Part shown: piece by piece, positions 16,243 to 21,531 of the stretch
Layout: every line of letters starts with the position of its first letter
Numbering within the stretch: the stretch's first letter is position 1
The notes under the pieces: model-generated
Told to the model about the DNA's origin: nothing
Seen by the model: the letters and a program-made list of their open reading frames with translations, nothing else
The model's database searches: none
From: Methanobacteriota archaeon
GTDB lineage: Archaea > Hydrothermarchaeota > Hydrothermarchaeia > Hydrothermarchaeales > JACRDW01
Direction of reading: 5' to 3'
Assembly: GCA_043820925.1 (NCBI GenBank)
Contig: JBDRDL010000067.1
Location: forward strand, 1 to 21,531
Length of the DNA: 21,531 bases
Translations under genes and position numbers: made by a program

Positions 16243-17385
16243 ATGAGAATAGGAAGTATCCTTAAACCATTGACCTACGCCGTGGCTTTCCTGCTAAACA
16301 AGCTTAAGGTATCTATGAAATTTCTTCTTTTGCTCTCTTACATTCTTGCGCTGGCTGTGCTGGGATTTTTTTATTTGCTGGTAAGTTCGCCCTACTCCGT
16401 GGTATTTGCATTAGCCTTGATTTTCACTATCTTTATTAACTGCTTCATAGACGAGGTTGTTGGCGAGCTTGTAAAGCTTCGCAAGGGCGGCGAATACAAA
16501 ATTTTAAGGAATACTGACGTGCTGATAATCTTCGGTGCAATTTACTATCTGGGCAGCGGACCTTACGACTTTTTGGAAGTCTATACCAACACCCAGCAAA
16601 ATCTCTTATTAGGCGGAGCGATTGTTTTTGGGATAGTTTTGGTAAATTACTCGCACAGAAAAGCGGCGAGTGGAACCGGATTGGACACGAGCTCTGAGCG
16701 AATGTTTCTGCTGGGCGTTTTTGCAGCCGCCGGTTATTTTTATAACTCTTTCAAAGGAGCTTTATTCCTTGGCTTGGTTGCACTATGTGCTTTACTGTAC
16801 CTCTCTGTTCTCCGCGACGTTTGGAAGATTCGGGGCTTCAACGCTGTTCGCCCGCCGAAACTCAGAGTCAAGCAGCCGAATGTGATTTCTTATAACTTCA
16901 CTGCAGTGGTTACCGAGGCAAAAACCGAAGCTCCTTTATCCAATGCAACCGTTACCCTTATCGGAAAGGAGACCGGAAAAAAAGAAGTCAGATATACCGA
17001 CGCTTCTGGAAGGGGCGATTTTTCGGTCCCAGAAGGACAGTATAAACTCGTGGTCGAGGCTAAAGGTTTCAAAAAAGAAGAATACGAGAGATTCATAAAC
17101 GTAGATTCTGGAGAAGTTTTCAAGCTCTCCAGACCTTCGGTAGATTTGAGCGTGATAGTAAATGATGTGCAGGTTGCGGCCCCAATCTCTGGAGCCTCTG
17201 TTATTCTGAAAATTAAAGAGAAAGAGCAAATTCGGAGGACAGACAATTTGGGAGTTGCATACTTCGACAACCTTGAGCCGGAGCTCTGTGAGGTTTTCGT
17301 GGAGGCAGAGGGCTACGAGAAAGAGACTGGCTCAGTAGATCTGGAGAAGGAGAATATAATTTCTTTCAATCTTTCTAAGATTTAA
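16243..17385 (+). CDS. Degenerate CDP-alcohol phosphotransferase-like membrane domain fused to two carboxypeptidase-regulatory-like beta-sandwich domains
   Basis: About 6 TM segments in the N-terminal ~195 aa with remnants of the CDP-AP pattern. Two C-terminal repeats: PLSNATVTL..TDASG..GQYKLVVEAKGF and PISGASVIL..TDNLG..EVFVEAEGY. Confidence 0.75.
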   Translation: MRIGSILKPLTYAVAFLLNKLKVSMKFLLLLSYILALAVLGFFYLLVSSPYSVVFALALIFTIFINCFIDEVVGELVKLRKGGEYKILRNTDVLIIFGAIYYLGSGPYDFLEVYTNTQQNLLLGGAIVFGIVLVNYSHRKAASGTGLDTSSERMFLLGVFAAAGYFYNSFKGALFLGLVALCALLYLSVLRDVWKIRGFNAVRPPKLRVKQPNVISYNFTAVVTEAKTEAPLSNATVTLIGKETGKKEVRYTDASGRGDFSVPEGQYKLVVEAKGFKKEEYERFINVDSGEVFKLSRPSVDLSVIVNDVQVAAPISGASVILKIKEKEQIRRTDNLGVAYFDNLEPELCEVFVEAEGYEKETGSVDLEKENIISFNLSKI

Positions 17386-18052
17386 TTCTCCACCTCGCAA
17401 TATACATGAATGGGATATCCACTATCGCAGTCAGCCACTTCAGAACGAACTGCCCCTGCATCAGCGGTATTATCGGCATGACTCCATAGAAGGCGAGGGT
17501 TATGAATACGAGGGTATCCAGCCCGAGTGCAGGTATCGAGCTGAAGGCACTCCTGACCCACAGATGCCTGCCTATTTTTTCTCTGAGCTTCGCATAGCTC
17601 CAGGCATCGAAGTTTTCGCTTATTAAATATGCTATCAAACTTGCGAGCGTGATTCTGGGAACGAGGGTAAAAATGTCTGTCCAGCTTTTTTCGTTGCCCC
17701 AGAAGGGTGCGCCCGGAAGAATCGTCGCAAGGTAGATAAACAGCAGCATGAGCAGCAGGCAGAAGAAAGTTATCAGAATCATCTTGTGCGTTTCCCGCCT
17801 GCCGAATTTCTCGTTTACTATGTCTGTAATAAGAAAGGTTACAGAGAATATCAGCACGGCAGCGGGTGCAAATACCGTGGTTGCTCCAACTTCGTACTGC
17901 ACTATTTTCACCGCAACGATTTCTGAGAGAATTATAAAAGTAGCAAACATCGCAATCAGCAGGTCTGCGCTGTTGTAGCGCCTTGCATACTCGGCGCCTG
18001 CAATGGTAACTGCGCTTATCAGGCATATCCAGAAGATTAGTTCAAAAATTAT
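17375..18052 (-). CDS. Queuosine/archaeosine precursor (preQ0/preQ1) transporter, YhhQ/VUT family; probable ATA start
   Basis: FLITDIVNEKFG, PRITLASLIAYLISENFD, LWVRS..S...DTLVFITLAFYG motifs. The frame is open upstream of the track's ATG (17950) and adds the first TM (IIFELIFWICLISAVTIAGAEYARRY), back to an ATA at 18052 that lies 8 nt after AGGAGG. Confidence 0.9.
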   Translation of the reverse strand: MIFELIFWICLISAVTIAGAEYARRYNSADLLIAMFATFIILSEIVAVKIVQYEVGATTVFAPAAVLIFSVTFLITDIVNEKFGRRETHKMILITFFCLLLMLLFIYLATILPGAPFWGNEKSWTDIFTLVPRITLASLIAYLISENFDAWSYAKLREKIGRHLWVRSAFSSIPALGLDTLVFITLAFYGVMPIIPLMQGQFVLKWLTAIVDIPFMYIARWRIKS

Positions 18053-18237
18053 TTCGCTCCCCTCCTGGCTTCCTTCAGCCTGCCGTGACGCCTGTCAACC
18101 TCGTCCATGGCATCGAGCATCTTGCGTATCGCTGTTCGAATCGCATCGCTCTGGTTCACGAACTTTTTATCCTCTCCGACGTGCTCCATCATATCCTCGT
18201 ACAGCTGCTTTGGTATATCCACAGTAATTTTTGGTAT
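18049..18237 (-). CDS. CopG/ribbon-helix-helix transcriptional regulator; probable ATA start (absent from the ORF track)
   Basis: (M)PKITVDIPKQLYEDMMEHVGEDKKFVNQSDAIRTAIRKMLDAMDEVDRRHGRLKEARRGAK*, 62 aa, with RHH beta-strand and SDAIR helix. GGAGG lies 7 nt upstream of the ATA. Its TAA overlaps the next gene's ATA (ATAA). Confidence 0.88.
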   Translation of the reverse strand: MPKITVDIPKQLYEDMMEHVGEDKKFVNQSDAIRTAIRKMLDAMDEVDRRHGRLKEARRGAK

Positions 18238-18239
18238 AA

Positions 18240-18279
18240 ATATTCCTCCAGTATTAGCAGAATAAGAATGGAGGAATAT
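18240..18279. promoter_or_regulatory. 11-bp perfect inverted repeat covering the RBS of the RHH gene (operator or RBS-sequestering hairpin)
   Basis: ATATTCCTCCA (18240-18250), 18-nt spacer, TGGAGGAATAT (18269-18279). A minus-strand AAAAGTATATAT TATA-like element overlaps the outer arm. Confidence 0.65.
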
Positions 18280-18334
18280 ATACTTTTCTATTCGATGAGT
18301 TTAAATATTCATCACAAGGATAAAGCAGCATAGC

Positions 18335-18406
18335 ATAATCTATGACGTAGGCGCAGGCACAGGCTCTATCTCTATCGAAGCTGCGCTGCTTGCGAGAAAC
18401 GGAAAA
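18335..18406 (+). pseudogene. cbiT: Remnant of cbiT (precorrin-6B C15 methyltransferase)
   Basis: Translates to IIYDVGAGTGSISIEAALLARNGK, the SAM-binding motif characteristic of CbiT/CobL. There is no start codon and the rest of the gene is missing. It lies directly upstream of cobT. Confidence 0.75.
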
Positions 18407-18429
18407 TCGACGCTGAGAAGAGGTAGAAA

Positions 18430-19482
18430 ATGCAAATTGAAGACGTGGTAAAAAAAATCAAGCCGTTAGATGCAAAGGCGATGAAGGCAGCGAAGGAAAG
18501 GCAGGATTTTTTGACTAAACCGAAGGAAAGCCTCGGGATTCTTGAAGAGCTTTCGATTAAGGTTGCAGGGATTCAGGGCAGCGCAGGGCCGAGCATAAAG
18601 AACAAAGTAATAATTACGATGGCGGGCGACCACGGCGTAGCAGAGGAAGGCGTGAGTGCTTATCCGAGAGAAGTAACCCCGCAGATGGTTTACAACTTTC
18701 TCAGGGGGGGAGCAGGCATAAATGTTCTAGCCCGCCATGTTGGCGCCAGGGTTGTTGTAGTAGACATTGGAGTTGCAGCTGACATGAATCTTAAAGACAG
18801 CAACTTTCTGAATAAAAAAATTGCACATGGAACAAAGAATTTCACAAAAGGGGCGGCGATGACCAGAGAGGAAGCAATTCGAAGCATCGAGGCCGGAATA
18901 GAAGTCGTGGAGGGGCAGATAAAAAAAGGTATGGATATAATTGGAACCGGAGATATGGGAATCGGCAATACGACGCCCAGCAGCGCAATAGCAGCAGTGA
19001 TTACAGGACATAGAGCAAGGAAAGTTACGGGCAGAGGTACAGGAATTGGCAAGGCTGCTTTTGAGAATAAAGTGAAGGCAATAGAAAAAGCTCTAAAGCT
19101 GAACAATCCGAATCCGAAGGATGCGATAGACGTTCTGGCGAAAGTAGGGGGTTTTGAGATAGGGGGCTTAGCAGGCGTTATCTTAGCAGGCGCAGCAAAC
19201 CGCATACCTGTGGTAATCGACGGCTTTATCTCGGGCGCAGCTGCGCTTATAGCTACCGAGATGGCTCCTCAAGCAAAGGAATACATAATCGCTTCCCATC
19301 AATCCGCAGAAGCAGGGCATAAAATAATCCTCGAGCACATGCAGCTAAAGCCGCTGCTTAATCTGAATCTGCGTTTGGGCGAGGGTACAGGAGCTGCCCT
19401 CGGAATCTCGCTCGTAGAGGCAGGAGTGAAAATTTTGAACGAAATGGCTACCTTTGCGGAAGCAGGCGTCAGCGAGCAGTGA
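18430..19482 (+). CDS. cobT: Nicotinate-nucleotide--dimethylbenzimidazole phosphoribosyltransferase (bacterial type)
   Basis: LTKP..SLG.LE, AGDHGV, GDMGIGNTT, VTGRGTG, GGFEIG, DGFIS and LRLGEGTGA motifs. Confidence 0.96.
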   Translation: MQIEDVVKKIKPLDAKAMKAAKERQDFLTKPKESLGILEELSIKVAGIQGSAGPSIKNKVIITMAGDHGVAEEGVSAYPREVTPQMVYNFLRGGAGINVLARHVGARVVVVDIGVAADMNLKDSNFLNKKIAHGTKNFTKGAAMTREEAIRSIEAGIEVVEGQIKKGMDIIGTGDMGIGNTTPSSAIAAVITGHRARKVTGRGTGIGKAAFENKVKAIEKALKLNNPNPKDAIDVLAKVGGFEIGGLAGVILAGAANRIPVVIDGFISGAAALIATEMAPQAKEYIIASHQSAEAGHKIILEHMQLKPLLNLNLRLGEGTGAALGISLVEAGVKILNEMATFAEAGVSEQ

Positions 19483-19511
19483 AGCGGCTCAGACTCAAAG
19501 GAGTTAAATAA

Positions 19512-20570
19512 ATGAAGTTCAAAGTCAGGGAGGAAATTCGGCAATTGAAGAAGGCAATTCACGGCGGGGAAGTATGGAGTTTTTCAGACGTGAAAATAGA
19601 TTTCAGTTCAAATATAAATCCTCTGGGTCCTTCCAGAAAAGCCATAGAAGCGGCCAAAAATTCTTTATGGAAATGTGCATACTACCCTGATTCAAACACC
19701 AGGGAATTAAAAAAAGCTCTGTCCGAGTATTTGGGTGTAAGTACAGAGAACATAATAGTCGGAAACGGCTCTACTGAGCTGATAAAAAATTTTTGCGAAG
19801 CTTTCATAAATAAAGGCGATGAAATATTAATTCCGCAGCCGACTTATTCTGACTACGAGGTTTATGCGAGGCTTTACGGCGCAAAAATAGCGTTTGTCCC
19901 TGACAAAAAAATAATCAGCACCATCGACAGCAAAACAAGGGCAATTTTTGTGTGCAATCCAAACAATCCAACCGGCAGGACGATTGAAATTGAAGAAATA
20001 ATAGAAAAAGCGCACCACTATAGTGCTCTCGTTTTTCTGGACGAGGCTTACACAGAGTTCACAGACCAAGAAAGCTTTTGCAGCCGCATCGAAGATTTTG
20101 AAAATTTATTTGTGCTCCGCTCCCTCACGAAATTTTTTGCGCTTCCCGGGCTGCGCATGGGCTATGGCGTTGGAAACAAAAAAATTATAGAGTGTCTAGA
20201 AAAATTAAGGCTGCCCTGGAATTTAAATACTCTGGCGCAGGTTGCAGCAATTGAATCAATAAAGGATGGGAAGTACATAAGAGAGTCAAAGAAATTCATG
20301 AAAAAAGAGAGGAACTTTCTATACAAGGAACTTTCAAAAATTCAAAAGTTGAAAGTGTCCCCCTCTGAAGCAAATTTTTTTTTAATTGATTTGAGAAAAG
20401 CAGGAATTAAAGCTTCGACCGCAAAGAAAAAGCTGATAGAGAAGGGAATGCTAATAAGAGACTGCCGCTCTTTTAGGGGATTAAATGAATATTTCATTCG
20501 AGCGTGCGTGAGAAATAGAAAAGAAAATGCAAGATTGATTAAAGAATTAAAGAACATCGTGGGAGAGTAA
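19512..20570 (+). CDS. cobD: L-threonine-O-3-phosphate decarboxylase (PLP-dependent)
   Basis: HGG, DFSSNINPLG, YPD, GNGSTE, CNPNNPTG, DEAY, RSLTKFFALPGLRMGY and IRDC motifs; cob operon context. Confidence 0.92.
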   Translation: MKFKVREEIRQLKKAIHGGEVWSFSDVKIDFSSNINPLGPSRKAIEAAKNSLWKCAYYPDSNTRELKKALSEYLGVSTENIIVGNGSTELIKNFCEAFINKGDEILIPQPTYSDYEVYARLYGAKIAFVPDKKIISTIDSKTRAIFVCNPNNPTGRTIEIEEIIEKAHHYSALVFLDEAYTEFTDQESFCSRIEDFENLFVLRSLTKFFALPGLRMGYGVGNKKIIECLEKLRLPWNLNTLAQVAAIESIKDGKYIRESKKFMKKERNFLYKELSKIQKLKVSPSEANFFLIDLRKAGIKASTAKKKLIEKGMLIRDCRSFRGLNEYFIRACVRNRKENARLIKELKNIVGE

Positions 20571-20571
20571 A

Positions 20572-20805
20572 ATGCAAGATAAAGAGTGTAAATATTACCC
20601 CTGCCACTTCGAGGAGCAGGACTGCACCTTCTGCTACTGCCCGTTTTACCCCTGCCTTGACGAGGCGAGGGGTAAATTTGTGACAGGCAGGAGAAGCGGT
20701 AAGAAAGTCTGGAGCTGCAAAAGCTGCAGCTGGATACATGGGCACGAAATTGCGAGGGCTGTTAGAGATGAATTGACTGAGATAAGGTCAAGGCTTGGTG
20801 GGTAA
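20572..20805 (+). CDS. Cysteine-rich small-domain (zf-like) protein of cobamide loci
   Basis: CKYYPCH...DCTFCYCPFYPC...VWSCKSCSWIH. Confidence 0.88.
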   Translation: MQDKECKYYPCHFEEQDCTFCYCPFYPCLDEARGKFVTGRRSGKKVWSCKSCSWIHGHEIARAVRDELTEIRSRLGG

Positions 20806-20806
20806 C

Positions 20807-21531
20807 ATGTCTAAAACTCTAATGATTCAGGCTACCGCCTCGTTTGCAGGAAAGTCTTTTCTGGCAATGTCGTTCTGCAAAATTTTCGCTGACAAAGGCT
20901 ACAAAGTTGCACCCTTCAAGGCGCAGAACACCTCGCTCAACTCTTTCGTAACTAAGGACGGAAAAGAAATTGCGAGGGCGCAAGCCTTGCAGGCATTTGC
21001 TGCGGGCGTGGAACCGACTGTGGAGATGAATCCCATACTCATAAAGCCGAAGGGGGAAAGCAAGTCGCAGCTCGTTGTAAACGGAAAGCCTCTCAGGGAT
21101 ATCGAGGCTAGAAATTACTACCGGGAATTCGTGCTAACGCAGGGGATGCAAGTAATAAAAAAAGCGTTCGAAAAACTTGAGAAAAAATACGAGCTCATAA
21201 TTATCGAGGGCGCCGGCAGCCCTGCAGAGATAAATCTCTACGAGCAGGACATAGCGAACATGCGGGTTGCAGAGGTAGCGAATGCGCCTGTGATTCTCAT
21301 CGCAGACATAGAGCGGGGAGGCGTCTTTGCAAGCATTTACGGCACCATAAATCTGCTGAAGGAAGAGCACAGGAAAAAAGTGAGAGGCATAGTTATAAAC
21401 AAGTTCAGGGGCGACGAAGAAATTCTGAAGCCGGGTGTTGAGATGATTCAAGACCTTACTGGAAAGCCTGTCCTTGGAGTGATTCCTTTCATTAAGGATT
21501 TGCAGCTTCCTGACGAGGATTCAGTTTCGCT
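20807..21531 (+). CDS. cobQ: Cobyric acid synthase; 3'-partial
   Basis: ATG at 20807: MSKTLMIQATASFAGKS...VAPFKAQNTSLNS...EIARAQ...MNPILIKP...IEGAGSPAEINL...DIANM...DIERGGVFAS...INKFRGD...PDEDS. Runs off the window end. Confidence 0.96.
   Translation, partial: MSKTLMIQATASFAGKSFLAMSFCKIFADKGYKVAPFKAQNTSLNSFVTKDGKEIARAQALQAFAAGVEPTVEMNPILIKPKGESKSQLVVNGKPLRDIEARNYYREFVLTQGMQVIKKAFEKLEKKYELIIIEGAGSPAEINLYEQDIANMRVAEVANAPVILIADIERGGVFASIYGTINLLKEEHRKKVRGIVINKFRGDEEILKPGVEMIQDLTGKPVLGVIPFIKDLQLPDEDSVS

Noticed and set aside
17382..18026. 214-aa alternative minus-strand ORF
   Set aside because: It overlaps the transporter in another frame, has an R/C-rich composition with no recognisable motif, and is a shadow ORF.
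18003..18333. Plus-strand ORFs 18003-18227 and 18085-18333
   Set aside because: They are antisense to the RHH gene, which has a clear family pattern and RBS.
18280..18430. Cobalamin riboswitch upstream of cobT
   Set aside because: No B12-box or conserved core is recognisable, and the space is taken up by the cbiT remnant.
1..21531. CRISPR array, integrase or IS element
   Set aside because: No regularly spaced direct repeats and no recombinase or transposase motifs were seen.

Overview
Archaeal (euryarchaeal-like) chromosomal window. The lineage cannot be fixed from sequence alone; Hef, AMP phosphorylase, DUF1786 and GGAGG/GGTGA ribosome-binding sites point to an archaeon. From left to right: (1) a + strand seven-gene MoxR/vWA operon (1-8049): a long coiled-coil protein with a roadblock-like C-terminus, a membrane-anchored coiled coil, a membrane protein, MoxR AAA+, DUF58, BatA-vWA and a double-vWA/GATase-like membrane protein. 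(2) A decayed RHH-antitoxin/PIN-toxin pair. (3) Hef helicase-nuclease. (4) A membrane protein with a probable OB fold and a DUF4258/DUF2283 pair. (5) AMP phosphorylase plus a PfkB kinase that ends in a canonical PCNA-binding PIP box. (6) TrmO and DUF1786. (7) A catalytically degenerate CDP-alcohol phosphotransferase-like protein fused to two beta-sandwich domains. (8) An RHH regulator plus a preQ0/queuosine-precursor transporter, both of which appear to start at ATA behind an 11-bp inverted repeat. The ORF track misses the regulator and truncates the transporter. (9) A cbiT remnant followed by cobT, cobD, a Cys-rich protein and cobQ (partial). No rRNA, tRNA, CRISPR array or transposase was seen. 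All family assignments come from motif recognition, not database searches.
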